Below, piece by piece: positions 1 through 9,826 of a DNA stretch of 64,000 bases. The notes under the pieces were generated by a model that was not told where the DNA came from, did not search any database, and saw only the letters and a list, made by a program, of their open reading frames with translations. The position numbers were made by a program, and so were the translations under genes. The stretch is taken from NCBI GenBank assembly GCA_965216635.1, contig OZ244188.1, positions 960,001 to 1,024,000 of the forward strand. The letters run 5' to 3'. The first letter of the stretch is position 1. Every line of letters begins with the position of its first letter. This DNA is from a bacterium (GTDB taxonomy: Bacteria > SAR324 > XYD2-FULL-50-16 > G965216635).

Positions 1-1026
1 CGAGATATACTTCGTCAAGCTAATATTAAAGAATAGGTTGGGAGTTAAGTTCTCCTTATAGCCTACCGTTAACACGGGACTAGTAGCCGAAGCGCTAGTA
101 GAGCCATTGGTAAGCTTCATACTCGCTAGACCGCCTCCTGCAAAAAACTCCTCGTGAAAAAAATACTCCGCCATCACCACTGTATTGACGAGCTCGTTAG
201 CTCCACCTTTGCCAGTGAAGTGAGTCAAGGAGGCTCTCCATTTTTCTCCTCGCCAGCCGACTTGCAGACCAACACCTTTGAGTGAGTCGCTCTCTGTGCT
301 GGTGACGGGGGGTTTTGAAGGCGTATCTGGAGTCGCTATCTCATAGGCAGAAAAATTAATAGGGGTTCTTCCAGAGGAAAAGTATCTATAACAATGGGCT
401 TTTTCTCTATCTAAATATCCTGAATGAAAGATTTCACCATCAGTATCAAAGCTAGTTACAGTAGCATCCCCAGAATCAATACTAGCTTCAGGTGGTTTTG
501 CACCAAAATCAAAGGAATCAAGTCCGTTTGATTCAAAAGAGGCAAGTCCGTTTGATTCATTAAAAAATTCAAGTCCGTTTGATCCAAAAAAGGATTCTCC
601 ATTTAAATCAACAGATGTTTCGCCTCTTTCACAGTTTGCTGATACTAAAGCTCTGATTACAGTTGATGTTGCTCCTGTTGGACCTCCAGGCCAGTAAGTA
701 TTCCCACCGGTTGCGTCTATTCCAGTTTTGTCGTTTGAATATTTGATTCTATAGACAGTAGCAGAGCTTGTGCTAGTTTTTGTGGTATCTACTCCGAAAC
801 CTTGTAGATAAACAATACCAGCAAAAAATCCCTGTTTTGTGCTAGCGCTGCTCTGTGCTTGCAGATTACCTACAAATAGCAAACTCAACAAAACCGCACC
901 TAGCAATACAACGCCATTCCATTGGAATCCAGCCCGTTGGTTAGCCCGTTGAAAACCAGCCTGAGCTACTTTTGTCTCACAATTTTTAAGAGCGTTTTTT
1001 AACGCCATTTTTGATACTTCTTGCAT
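1..1026 (-). CDS. Outer-membrane beta-barrel protein with large variable loop (3' end runs off window); paralog of 36139..37557
   Basis: Not in the ORF track. Translated by hand from ATG at 1026 and open to position 1: signal peptide ending LQA-Q, then KQGFFAGIVYLQGF, a variable region, then GVGLQVGWRGEKWRASLTHFTGKGGANEL...GGGLASMKLTN, shared with the 36-37 kb ORF. Confidence 0.8.
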   Translation of the reverse strand, partial: MQEVSKMALKNALKNCETKVAQAGFQRANQRAGFQWNGVVLLGAVLLSLLFVGNLQAQSSASTKQGFFAGIVYLQGFGVDTTKTSTSSATVYRIKYSNDKTGIDATGGNTYWPGGPTGATSTVIRALVSANCERGETSVDLNGESFFGSNGLEFFNESNGLASFESNGLDSFDFGAKPPEASIDSGDATVTSFDTDGEIFHSGYLDREKAHCYRYFSSGRTPINFSAYEIATPDTPSKPPVTSTESDSLKGVGLQVGWRGEKWRASLTHFTGKGGANELVNTVVMAEYFFHEEFFAGGGLASMKLTNGSTSASATSPVLTVGYKENLTPNLFFNISLTKYIS

Positions 1027-1213
1027 AATAATATTTAATAAAGATTAGAAGAGATTAAAATTAGAAATATAACTGAAAAAAAATTAAAAGCAAACAAAAA
1101 AAACATAACTTTTTATCTTTTTTTAAAATTTTCCTAGTTTAGCCAAAATGTAACAGAAAAAAAATTTAAAAGCAAATAAAAAAAAAGAATTCTTTATTTT
1201 TTTTAAATTTAAA

Positions 1214-1285
1214 TAGCCTTTTGAATTTCGCTGATGCTTTAGATATCTCAGTTATCGGCAACTATTGGGGCTAGCCAAATGGTTG
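1214..1285. repeat. Partial copy of the palindromic MITE-like element
   Basis: tagccttttgaatttcgctgatgctt...actattggggctagccaaatggtt matches the reverse complement of the right end of the 23933..24127 copy. Confidence 0.7.
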
Positions 1286-1357
1286 GATAAACAAAAATGT
1301 CCCTTGCATAAATTTCAGTTTTTTTTGTTAAAAAATGAATTGGAAAGTTCCCAATTA

Positions 1358-1669
1358 TTAAATTTTTCCTTGGTTAAGTTTTTTAGAAAAAAGATTTCCT
1401 ACAACTGCGCCTAAAATAGCACTACAAATATTACTAGCTAACATTTTATTGATATTGAGATAAGAAGCAACAAAGGGAAATAATATTGAGATTGTAGAAA
1501 TACAAAATATAAAGATCACAAAGCAATAAATAAAAATACCTGCATTAGTTAAAAAAGTACTTTCTTTTCCTTTATTGTAATTTGCTGTCTTTTTAAGAAA
1601 ATTTTTATCGTAATCTTTAAGTTTTAGACCGATCTTATTTGATTTTTTTTTGAACTTAAAGATTTTCAT
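1358..1669 (-). CDS. Small basic protein with two predicted TM segments; putative toxin partner of the Panacea antitoxin
   Basis: ATGA overlap with the upstream Panacea gene; Lys-rich N-terminus followed by two hydrophobic stretches. Confidence 0.55.
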   Translation of the reverse strand: MKIFKFKKKSNKIGLKLKDYDKNFLKKTANYNKGKESTFLTNAGIFIYCFVIFIFCISTISILFPFVASYLNINKMLASNICSAILGAVVGNLFSKKLNQGKI

Positions 1670-2181
1670 TGAATCGTTATCATTTCTTCCTTGAAATATT
1701 TTTTAATAGTATCTGTTCCAATATTAATATTCTTTTTTGTTTCATTATAAAACGAATCCCAAGGGCTACCTTTATCGTGAACTATCCCGATTAAATCAGT
1801 AAGAGATATTTCTCCATATTCTTCTTTTACTGCTTTTAATACTTGTAATGCGTCAGTATCTGTGCTTTCTATTTCTGGAAAAAATATTTCATTGGTTACA
1901 GGGTCTTGAATAGAGGACATCTCTTTCACTCCTCCATAACCATATTTTTTAAATTCGTGATAAATTGAAGGGATTACAGGACCAAACCTCCAAGCCTGTA
2001 TATCTTCATTAAACAATTTTCTACCATCAAGAGCAACTGCTACCCCAAAAGATAGATAAACTAATTTGTTCAATCTTATATTATCTACATATCTTAGGTT
2101 ATCAATAAAATAGTTTGCAAGATGTGTTGCAGTATAGATTGGTCTGTTTTTAACTACGCTGTCATCTTTTTTAGTTTTCAT
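1666..2181 (-). CDS. Panacea (DUF4065/SocA-like) antitoxin
   Basis: ANYFI...LNKLVY...LF.EDIQAWRFGPVIPSIYHEFK...H..GSPW motifs. Confidence 0.85.
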   Translation of the reverse strand: MKTKKDDSVVKNRPIYTATHLANYFIDNLRYVDNIRLNKLVYLSFGVAVALDGRKLFNEDIQAWRFGPVIPSIYHEFKKYGYGGVKEMSSIQDPVTNEIFFPEIESTDTDALQVLKAVKEEYGEISLTDLIGIVHDKGSPWDSFYNETKKNINIGTDTIKKYFKEEMITIQ

Positions 2182-2277
2182 TTTTCTATCTCGTTAATTA
2201 TTTGTAAGTTAAGTCTTTTATTTTTAACAGATTGTTATAAATTGTCAACCCTGTAAAAATAATATAGACCTTTGAAT

Positions 2278-2346
2278 TTGTTTTTTGTCTTTAAAGTGTA
2301 TAATTACTATTAATAATACTTGTTTTTTGTCTTTAAATCTATAATT
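2278..2346 (+). promoter_or_regulatory. Tandemly duplicated promoter-like motif upstream of der
   Basis: ttgttttttgtctttaaa-N2/3-TATAAT occurs twice (2278, 2320), next to a lone MITE end at 2265..2280. Confidence 0.45.
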
Positions 2347-2369
2347 CCCAATAAAAAACCAAAATTTTT

Positions 2370-3725
2370 ATGAAAATAGCTAGTTTTTGTATTTTAGGCA
2401 GGCCTAATGTAGGTAAATCTACCTTTTTTAATTGTCTTAGCAGAAAAAAAACTATTACCAAAGACGAGGCTGGGGTAACTAGAGATTGCAATAAAACCCT
2501 GGTGGAGTATCAAGATTATTTTTTCTTTTTGGTTGATACTGGCGGGCTGGTGCTGGAAACACAAACTTCTATGCAGCTGAAAATCAAAAAACAAATTGAT
2601 AAAATTCTAGTAGAAAGCGATGCTATTTTTTTTCTTGTGGATGCTAGGGAAGGATGGCACTTTGAAGATCAAAAAATACTCTCTTTTCTTCGCAAAACAA
2701 ACAAAAAATACTTCTTACTCATCAACAAAATAGATACTCCCAAACAAGAAAATTTAATAGCGCAATTTTATGCTACTGGAATCAAAGATCTTTACCCTAT
2801 TTCTGCAGAACACAATCTTGGGATAGGGGATTTTTTTGAAAATTTATCAAAAAAATTCACAATACAAATCCCTCCTGTAAAAATACGCTCAGATGAATTA
2901 GTCGTCAGTATTATGGGAAAAACCAATGTTGGTAAATCTTCTTTAATCAATCTATGGCTGGGCGAAGAAAAAATGATTGTGGAAGATAAAGCTCATACTA
3001 CTAGAAATTCTGTGAGTTTTGAATTAATCCATAAAAATAAAAACATGCTGCTAATGGATACCGCTGGCATCGCCAAAAAAAATAAAATCGCTGGTCAAAA
3101 CAAAGGGCAATCGCTAGAAAGATTGACTGTGGTTTCTGCCTTGCAAACTTTGAAGTGGGCTAAGGTTGTGGTTTTGGTTGTGGATGCGAGTTCGCAAATT
3201 AGCGAACAAGATTTAAAATTAGCAGCACTTGTTTTAAGTAAAAATAAATCTCTTATATTAGTATTGAATAAACAGGATTTAATAGAAAAAACTTTTTTTC
3301 TAGGAGAAAAAAAAATGAAAAAATCAGAGATGGAGCACAAAATCGGAAGCTATATTCAAAAATCTTATCCTTATCTGGATTTTTGTCCTCTGATTTTTAG
3401 TAGTGCTAAAACTAAAAAAAATGTTTTTTCTATCTTAGATAAAGCGATCGGGGTGGCTTATGATAGAGATAAAAAAATACCTACCGCAAGTTTGAACCAG
3501 ATTGTAGAAAGAATACAAACTAGAAATATTGCTCCTGCGCGTTTGAAAAAAAGATTGAAAATTTTTTACGCTACTCAAATTAAATGGGGACCTCCCATTT
3601 TTTGTTTTTTCGTGAACGATAAAAAATTACTTACTGCGAGTTATGAAAGATTTGTGCTCCATCAGTTTAGGCATTATTTTGGGTTTGAGGGGACTTCTAT
3701 TAGGTTTTTTTGGAAAAATAAATAA
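2370..3725 (+). CDS. der: Ribosome biogenesis GTPase Der (EngA)
   Basis: Two GTPase domains (GRPNVGKS/DTGG/NKID and GKTNVGKS/DTAG/NKQD) plus C-terminal KH-like domain. Confidence 0.95.
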   Translation: MKIASFCILGRPNVGKSTFFNCLSRKKTITKDEAGVTRDCNKTLVEYQDYFFFLVDTGGLVLETQTSMQLKIKKQIDKILVESDAIFFLVDAREGWHFEDQKILSFLRKTNKKYFLLINKIDTPKQENLIAQFYATGIKDLYPISAEHNLGIGDFFENLSKKFTIQIPPVKIRSDELVVSIMGKTNVGKSSLINLWLGEEKMIVEDKAHTTRNSVSFELIHKNKNMLLMDTAGIAKKNKIAGQNKGQSLERLTVVSALQTLKWAKVVVLVVDASSQISEQDLKLAALVLSKNKSLILVLNKQDLIEKTFFLGEKKMKKSEMEHKIGSYIQKSYPYLDFCPLIFSSAKTKKNVFSILDKAIGVAYDRDKKIPTASLNQIVERIQTRNIAPARLKKRLKIFYATQIKWGPPIFCFFVNDKKLLTASYERFVLHQFRHYFGFEGTSIRFFWKNK

Positions 3726-3779
3726 GTTTCTTAGGCATTCTATTGATCCAACTATTGGGGCTATACAACGTTAAAAGGT

Positions 3780-4226
3780 TTATTTTGGTTGTTGTTTTTT
3801 AGAATAAAAACCTTCTTTTTCTGCTTCTGTTTTTACAGATTGTTCCTTTTTTTGCCTAAGTTCTATAATATATTTTTCTATTTTCTTAAGCACTTTTGCA
3901 TTGTTTGCTATACCTTTTGCATTGCTTGCTATACCTTTTGCATTGTCTGCTATACCTTTTGCATTGTTTGCTATACCTTCTGCATTGTTTGCTATACCTT
4001 TTGCGTTGTTTGCTATACCTTTTGCATTGTCTTCTATAATCAGATTGATTTTAATCTGGTTGGTATTAATCTCAGTCTGGGTGCTTTGAAAATCGTTTTT
4101 ATTATCTACCCAATCAAAAACAACCCACACCCCACCAATAAGAAGACTTAAAAAAACTGTTATTCCTGTAAGGATTCCTACAACAATTCCTGCTTTTTGC
4201 AATTTTCCTGTTTTTATTTTTTCCAT
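3780..4226 (-). CDS. Single-TM coiled-coil protein, array unit 1 (six NAKGIA-type heptads)
   Basis: TM helix followed by 21-bp tandem repeats at about 3893..4030. Confidence 0.8.
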   Translation of the reverse strand: MEKIKTGKLQKAGIVVGILTGITVFLSLLIGGVWVVFDWVDNKNDFQSTQTEINTNQIKINLIIEDNAKGIANNAKGIANNAEGIANNAKGIADNAKGIASNAKGIANNAKVLKKIEKYIIELRQKKEQSVKTEAEKEGFYSKKQQPK

Positions 4227-4304
4227 AATAACCTTTATTTTGTTATTCTTTAGTTATTGACTATAATTATACCAATTAAAAATAAATGTCAAGGTTTATT
4301 TTGG

Positions 4305-4637
4305 TTATTGTTTTTTAGAATAAAAATCCTCTTTTTCTGCTTCTGTTTTTACAGATTGTTCCTTTTTTTGCCTAAGTTCTATAATATATTTTTCTATTTT
4401 CTTAAGCACTTTTGCATTGCTTGCTATACCTTTTGCATTATCTTCTATAATCAGATTGATTTTAATCTGGTTGGCATTAATCTCAGTCTGGGTGCTTTGA
4501 AAATCGTTTTTATTATCTACCCAATCAAAAACAACCCACACCCCACCAATAAGAAGACTTAAAAAAACTGTTATTCCTGTAAGGATTCCTACAACAATTC
4601 CTGTTTTTTGCAATTTTCCTGTTTTTATTTTTTCCAT
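4305..4637 (-). CDS. Single-TM coiled-coil protein, array unit 2 (one heptad)
   Basis: Nearly identical to unit 1 but lacking five 21-bp repeats. Confidence 0.8.
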   Translation of the reverse strand: MEKIKTGKLQKTGIVVGILTGITVFLSLLIGGVWVVFDWVDNKNDFQSTQTEINANQIKINLIIEDNAKGIASNAKVLKKIEKYIIELRQKKEQSVKTEAEKEDFYSKKQ

Positions 4638-4715
4638 AATAACCTTTATTTTGTTGTTCTTTAGTTATTGACTATAATTATACCAATTAAAAATAAATGT
4701 CAAGGTTTATTTTGG

Positions 4716-5120
4716 TTATTGGCTATTAGAATAAAAATCTTCTTTTTCTGCTTCTGTTTTTACAGATTGTTCCTTTTTTTGCCTACGGACCTCTTTTGCG
4801 GCATTTAACGGGGGTTTTATGCCGTGTAATTTGTATAAAAAAGCTGTCCTATCTTTTATAGCCTTTGTCAATGCTCTAGTTTCCGCACTATCTTTTTCTA
4901 ATTTCTTAAACAATTTTGCGTTATCTTCAAGCCATTCTTTATTGTTTTTTACAATCAGATTAACATCAGTCTGGGTGCTTTGAAAATCGTTTTTATTATC
5001 TACCCAATCAAAAACAACCCACACCCCACCAATAAGAAGACTTAAAAAAACTGTTATTCCTGTAAGGATTCCTACAACAATTCCTGTTTTTTGCAATTTT
5101 CCTGTTTTTATTTTTTCCAT
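4716..5120 (-). CDS. Single-TM protein, array unit 3 (different central segment)
   Basis: N- and C-termini match unit 2; the middle is unrelated. Confidence 0.8.
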   Translation of the reverse strand: MEKIKTGKLQKTGIVVGILTGITVFLSLLIGGVWVVFDWVDNKNDFQSTQTDVNLIVKNNKEWLEDNAKLFKKLEKDSAETRALTKAIKDRTAFLYKLHGIKPPLNAAKEVRRQKKEQSVKTEAEKEDFYSNSQ

Positions 5121-5198
5121 AATAACCTTTATTTTGTTATTCTTTAGTTATTGACTATAATCATACCAATTAAAAATAAATGTCAAGGTTTATTTTGG

Positions 5199-5516
5199 TT
5201 ATTGTTTTTTAGAATAAAAATCCTCTTTTTCTGCTTCTGTTTTCACAGATTGTTTCTTTTTTTGCCTAAGTTCTATAATATATTTTTCTATTTTCTTAAG
5301 CACTTTTGCATTGTCTGCTATACCTTTTGCATTGTTTGCTATACCTTTTGCATTGTCTGCTATAATCAGATTGATTTTAATCTGGTTGGTATTAATCTCA
5401 GTCTGCTCTTTTTCAAAATTTTTTCTATCATTAACCCAAAATCCAGCAAAAAAACCAATAGACAAAATTGCCATTATAACTGCTATCGCTCCAGCATTTT
5501 TTCCTAAAAAACCCAT
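5199..5516 (-). CDS. Single-TM coiled-coil protein, array unit 4 (different N-terminal TM, two heptads)
   Basis: Distinct N-terminus MGFLGKNAG...; centre and C-terminus shared with units 1 and 2. Confidence 0.8.
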   Translation of the reverse strand: MGFLGKNAGAIAVIMAILSIGFFAGFWVNDRKNFEKEQTEINTNQIKINLIIADNAKGIANNAKGIADNAKVLKKIEKYIIELRQKKKQSVKTEAEKEDFYSKKQ

Positions 5517-5665
5517 AATAACCTTTATTTTGTTATTCTTTAGTTATTGACTATAATTATACCAATTAAAAATAAATGTCTAGGTTTATTTTGTTTTATA
5601 TTTACTATTAAGGGTTTTTAAGTATACAATCCTTAAAATAAAAAGTAACCTCACTATCTAACATT

Positions 5666-6502
5666 ATGTATTTATCAGGAGAAACCTCACTTTTTGGCAT
5701 CATAGGCGAGCCTATTCAACATTCTTTTTCTCCAGCTATGCAGACGGTGGCTTTTCAAAAGTGTAACTGTAACGCAGTTTATCTTCCTTTTGCAGTAAAA
5801 AAAGAAAAGCTTGCTCAGGTTATACCTGCACTAGAAACTTTGAATGTGTCAGGCATCAATGTTACCGCTCCTTACAAGAATGCAATTATCCCTTATCTGA
5901 CGGAAATCAGCGAAGAGGCAAAAATATTACAATCTGTCAATACTGTGTATCGTGAAAAAGAAAAATGGATAGGTTGTAACACCGATGGAGTTGGTTTTAT
6001 CAAAGGGCTTACAGAAATAGATTTTTCACCTATTGGTAAATCCATTCAAGTTATAGGCGCTGGAGGATCTGCTCAGTCTATTATCTATAATCTAGCCAAA
6101 AATAAAGCTAAAAAAATATACATTTATAACCGTACCTATAATAAAGTTTTACAAATAATTCAAAATTATAGCGGATTATTTCCTAATGTAGAATTTGTAG
6201 GAGAAAACTGTAACCAAAATGTAGATTTGCTTGTTAATACAACATCTATTGGTGCGGATGGCTCCTCTATGTCAGTACCTTTGGAGTTGATTCAAAAAGC
6301 TAAAGTGGTCGTAGATATTATTTACCACTTGGAAACTCCTCTCTTAAAAAAAGCAAAACAGTTAGAAAAAATAACACTGGGAGGCTTGCCTATGCTTCTT
6401 TATCAAGGAGCTTTATCTTTTACAATATGGACAAAACACGAAGCTCCCTTGGAGGTTATGAGAAATTGTTTGCAACAGCTTATAGCGAGCCCTTCACCTT
6501 AG
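5666..6502 (+). CDS. aroE: Shikimate dehydrogenase
   Basis: G.PI.HSFSP.MQ, NVTAPYK, SVNT, NTDG.GF, GAGG, MLLYQG motifs. Confidence 0.93.
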   Translation: MYLSGETSLFGIIGEPIQHSFSPAMQTVAFQKCNCNAVYLPFAVKKEKLAQVIPALETLNVSGINVTAPYKNAIIPYLTEISEEAKILQSVNTVYREKEKWIGCNTDGVGFIKGLTEIDFSPIGKSIQVIGAGGSAQSIIYNLAKNKAKKIYIYNRTYNKVLQIIQNYSGLFPNVEFVGENCNQNVDLLVNTTSIGADGSSMSVPLELIQKAKVVVDIIYHLETPLLKKAKQLEKITLGGLPMLLYQGALSFTIWTKHEAPLEVMRNCLQQLIASPSP

Positions 6503-6526
6503 CTAACGCCTATGCAAAGGTCTCAC

Positions 6527-6868
6527 TTAAAAAGAACTTTCTGGTTCCTGACTTTCTGCTCCCTTCTTGAATTTGCGGATAAGCCTACTAATTACACCTT
6601 TACGGCTTCTGCGGATAGGTTTTTTGATCTTGTTATAAGCTTTATTAATAGCTTTGTGAATACTTTCAAATCTGTCTTCTGTAGCTTGGTAGGTTTCTTT
6701 ACCTCCAGAAAGAAAAAGATGCACTACACTTTTGTGTTTGATTGTAGATAAATGTACTTTCAACTGAAAATTTTTATTAAATTTTTCTAGTCTAGCAAAT
6801 TTTTTATCAATATATCTTTTTAGAGCGGGTGTAAGCTCCATTTTTTTAGCAGAAATTTCTATTTTCAT
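6527..6868 (-). CDS. hpf: Ribosome hibernation promoting factor (HPF/RaiA)
   Basis: MKIEISAKKMELTPALKRYIDKKF..LEKF N-terminus typical of the S30Ae/HPF family. Confidence 0.8.
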   Translation of the reverse strand: MKIEISAKKMELTPALKRYIDKKFARLEKFNKNFQLKVHLSTIKHKSVVHLFLSGGKETYQATEDRFESIHKAINKAYNKIKKPIRRSRKGVISRLIRKFKKGAESQEPESSF

Positions 6869-8664
6869 TTTCTTTTCTTTTTTTTGTTTTTTTGATTCTC
6901 TTTCATTTGTTTTTTAAACATTTGTACTTTTTTAGCGTGAGTGGAGGTTTTTGTTGGCACCTCTTGAGGTATTCCTACGCTAACTTTATTAATCACTCTT
7001 TGCTGAGCAATACTGATGATATTGCTCGTCAACCAATAAAGCACAAGGCTGGCTGGAAAATTTAAAAAGAAGAAAGTCATCATTACTGGTAGCCATTTTA
7101 GTATTTTTTGCTGCGTAGCATCCATAGTCGCTGAGGTGGGCGTTAGCTTTTGTTGTAAATACATAGAAAAACCCATTAATACGGGCAAAACATAGATAAA
7201 ATCTGATTGAGATAAATCGGTTATCCAAAAAATAAAAGGGCTATGTCTTAACTCTATCGCTGGAATCAAAGCGGAATAGAGTGCTATAAAAATAGGAATT
7301 TGTAAGATTAAGGGCAGACAGCCTCCCATGGGGTTGACCTTGTGTCTTTTATATACTTCCATCATTTCCTTATTGATTTTTTCTTTATTACCTTCGTGTT
7401 TTTTTCTTAGAGCTTGAATTTTTGGAGTAAGCAGGGAGAGTCTTCTCATAGATTTCATTCCTTTATAGGTCAGTGGAAATAAAATCAAACGCACCAGAAT
7501 TGTTAAAAAGATAATGGCTACTCCCCAGTTAGGAATAAATTTATAAAACCAACGCAAAGCAATTAGCATAGGTTGTCCTAGAAAATCAAAGGTTAAATCT
7601 AGGCTCTTCTCTAAATTTTTACTAAAAAGACTCATCTGCTTTTTTTCTTTGGGTCCTATAAATATTTCAAAAGAGTTCTGCCATCTTTCGTTGGGTAGCA
7701 GGCTGTTTTTTTCGGATTTCAACTCTAAAAAAGGCACTAAAACTTCCTTTCGGTTGAAAATAGATTTTTCTGTGTTGAGCTCTGCAACCCAGCCTTCTCT
7801 TTTTTTAATTACTTGAATAAAATAACTATCCATAACACCAGCCCAATCATAATTGACAAAATGGTTGTGTTTGGCAACATCGCCTCCGTCGTAAATTTTT
7901 AATTTGTTATCTCTAAAGATAACCGCCCGAGTGGGTCTTGCTTGATAGTGGCTTTCATTAGGTTCTGCTCCAGCTCCTACAATAAAACTAGGTTGTATGT
8001 TTAGAGATTTTTCGGAAGGGTTAAAGACATTGATGTCTATTTTTATTAGGTATGTATTAGGGTCAAATGAAACCATCTTTTCTATCAATAAACCCTCTAA
8101 ACTTGTAGCCTTAAATAAAAGGGTTTGTTTTTTTTTGAGATTGATCTGTTCTTGATTGGTTTCAAAAAATAAAGTCTCTTGTGGATGCAAGGAAAAGTTC
8201 CATGCGGATGATTTTTTTTGCCAAGGGTTATAAGTCATATCTATTTTTCTGTTGGGCTCGTACTCTTGTTTTATTGTTCGTCTCCCTAAAATAGTATTCC
8301 AGATAGTTTTTACAATGTTGATTCTTGGTTTAGAGCTAAAATCATAGTTTGGTAAAATAAAGGATATTAAAGCACCTCCGTCAGTAGAAATTTTTGCTTG
8401 GTAAAGGCGACTATTTATTTCTACAGTTTTTGCTTCTTTGATTGCTGCTGTTTGAAGAAGTATTTCGGTTTCTGATTTTTTTTCTACACTATTGGGTAAT
8501 GTTTCTGATTGGGGTTGGCTCGGTTCTACTGATGTAAATTTTTCTTGGGTGGCAGATTTCTGCTCTACTATTTGAGTTTTTTTATTCTGCGTAGGAAAAA
8601 TAAAGTAGTAACCAATAATGATTGTGGCAGATACAAGAAAAGCAATTAAAACATTTTTATCCAT
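6865..8664 (-). CDS. yidC: Membrane protein insertase YidC
   Basis: NWGVAII.LTILVR, NPMGGCLP..LQIPIF, LVLYW motifs; conserved operon context. Confidence 0.95.
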   Translation of the reverse strand: MDKNVLIAFLVSATIIIGYYFIFPTQNKKTQIVEQKSATQEKFTSVEPSQPQSETLPNSVEKKSETEILLQTAAIKEAKTVEINSRLYQAKISTDGGALISFILPNYDFSSKPRINIVKTIWNTILGRRTIKQEYEPNRKIDMTYNPWQKKSSAWNFSLHPQETLFFETNQEQINLKKKQTLLFKATSLEGLLIEKMVSFDPNTYLIKIDINVFNPSEKSLNIQPSFIVGAGAEPNESHYQARPTRAVIFRDNKLKIYDGGDVAKHNHFVNYDWAGVMDSYFIQVIKKREGWVAELNTEKSIFNRKEVLVPFLELKSEKNSLLPNERWQNSFEIFIGPKEKKQMSLFSKNLEKSLDLTFDFLGQPMLIALRWFYKFIPNWGVAIIFLTILVRLILFPLTYKGMKSMRRLSLLTPKIQALRKKHEGNKEKINKEMMEVYKRHKVNPMGGCLPLILQIPIFIALYSALIPAIELRHSPFIFWITDLSQSDFIYVLPVLMGFSMYLQQKLTPTSATMDATQQKILKWLPVMMTFFFLNFPASLVLYWLTSNIISIAQQRVINKVSVGIPQEVPTKTSTHAKKVQMFKKQMKENQKNKKKKRK

Positions 8665-8702
8665 TTTTTTTTGTAATGATTAAGATTAGCAATCTTTTAA
8701 AA

Positions 8703-8978
8703 CTAGTTGCGTTTTTTTTGTCTGAGACTGTCTGTTTTTCTCGGTAGAGGGTCAAAACCTCCTTTACTGAGAGCATTGCAACGCAAAATTCGTAAAATTG
8801 CATAAAAAATACCGTAAAAACCATAACTTTTTATCGCTTGCAGACTGTATTGGGAACAGGAAGGATAAAACCTACAGCTAGGCTGAAAAAAAGGAGAGAT
8901 TGATTTTTGATAAAGATAAATCAAAAAAATCACAGGAAATAAAAGTATTTTTTCTGATTTTTTAAAGATGTTTTTCAT
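8703..8978 (-). CDS. yidD: Membrane protein insertion efficiency factor YidD
   Basis: YQ..ISP...[11 protein letters not shown]...RILRCN...GGFDP. Confidence 0.93.
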   Translation of the reverse strand: MKNIFKKSEKILLFPVIFLIYLYQKSISPFFQPSCRFYPSCSQYSLQAIKSYGFYGIFYAILRILRCNALSKGGFDPLPRKTDSLRQKKRN

Positions 8979-9384
8979 TCACGAAGGAAATAAAGTTATC
9001 AATAGCTTGGTTGATGCTCTGTTGTTTTATATTTAATTGCTTTGTGTCTTTCTGTTTGCTATTTTGCTGGTTTGTACTTTTCTGGTTTGTACTTTTATGG
9101 CAATTATTTTTTAAGTTTTTTTTTTCTAAATAAATAATGGCGCAGCAAATTTTTAGCCTAATTAAATCAGAATGTCTCACAACTTCTCTAATTTGCCTTT
9201 TCACACGATTACGAAAAACTGCATTTCCCGATTTTTTAGATGCTCCAATTAAAATTTTTGTATTCTTGGAAGCTAAAAACCGAAAAGCCAAAGGAAAAAA
9301 AAACTTTCGCTCACCTTTTTTAAAAAGCTCTTGAATCGTTTTATATCCCTTTAAACTTATCTGTCTGGGAAATGAAAATTGCAT
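8962..9384 (-). CDS. rnpA: RNase P protein component (with a Gln/Asn/Lys-rich insertion)
   Basis: [18 protein letters not shown] (RNR motif); lies between rpmH and yidD. Confidence 0.9.
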   Translation of the reverse strand: MQFSFPRQISLKGYKTIQELFKKGERKFFFPLAFRFLASKNTKILIGASKKSGNAVFRNRVKRQIREVVRHSDLIRLKICCAIIYLEKKNLKNNCHKSTNQKSTNQQNSKQKDTKQLNIKQQSINQAIDNFISFVNEKHL

Positions 9385-9424
9385 ATTTTGGTAGCAATTT
9401 ACTGATTAGATGTTTTTTGAAGAA

Positions 9425-9559
9425 TCAGGCACTCAAAACTTTTCTGCCTTTCCGTCTTCTTGCGTTGATAACGTTCACTCCATTTGGACTACTCATACGC
9501 TGACGAAATCCATGTTTCATCTTTCTTCTCCTGTTATTAGGCTGAAATGTTCTCTTCAT
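9425..9559 (-). CDS. rpmH: 50S ribosomal protein L34
   Basis: Not in the ORF track; hand translation [44 protein letters not shown]. Confidence 0.97.
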   Translation of the reverse strand: MKRTFQPNNRRRKMKHGFRQRMSSPNGVNVINARRRKGRKVLSA

Positions 9560-9826
9560 TATTTCTTAATAATTTATCAAAGACTAAAAACAACATCTTA
9601 AAGTTAATTTATTTTTTTGTCAACACTAATGATACAAGTTTTATTGAAAAATGAAAAATATATAAAAAACTACTTTTTTAGTTTAGTATAAACAAACAAT
9701 AATGAAGAGAAAAATAAATAAAATTCGGGCTTATTACAAATTTTCTATAGAGACGAGAAATAGAAAGAAATTTTTAGAACTGCTTAAAAATAAATCTACA
9801 AGCCTAGAATAGATTCATATACCTTT

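Larger units (their letters stand above)
3776..5593 (-). repeat. Tandem array of four promoter+ORF units (516, 411, 483, 396 bp)
   Basis: 12-bp junction AGGTTTATTTTG at 3776, 4292, 4703, 5186, 5582; near-identical 78-bp intergenic spacers; shared C-terminal coding block. Confidence 0.95.

Noticed and set aside
3789..5550. Plus-strand ORFs with FCIVCYT or FAIPFAL repeats
   Set aside because: Antisense shadows of the 21-bp repeats; the minus-strand ORFs carry the promoter-like block, ATG starts and TM/coiled-coil logic
3776..5593. CRISPR array or integron cassette array
   Set aside because: Units are 400-500 bp paralogous ORFs with their own promoters; no short repeat-spacer pattern, attC-like palindromes, cas genes or integrase
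9560..9826. oriC next to rpmH
   Set aside because: No dnaA and no TTATCCACA-like box cluster seen; only AT-rich sequence
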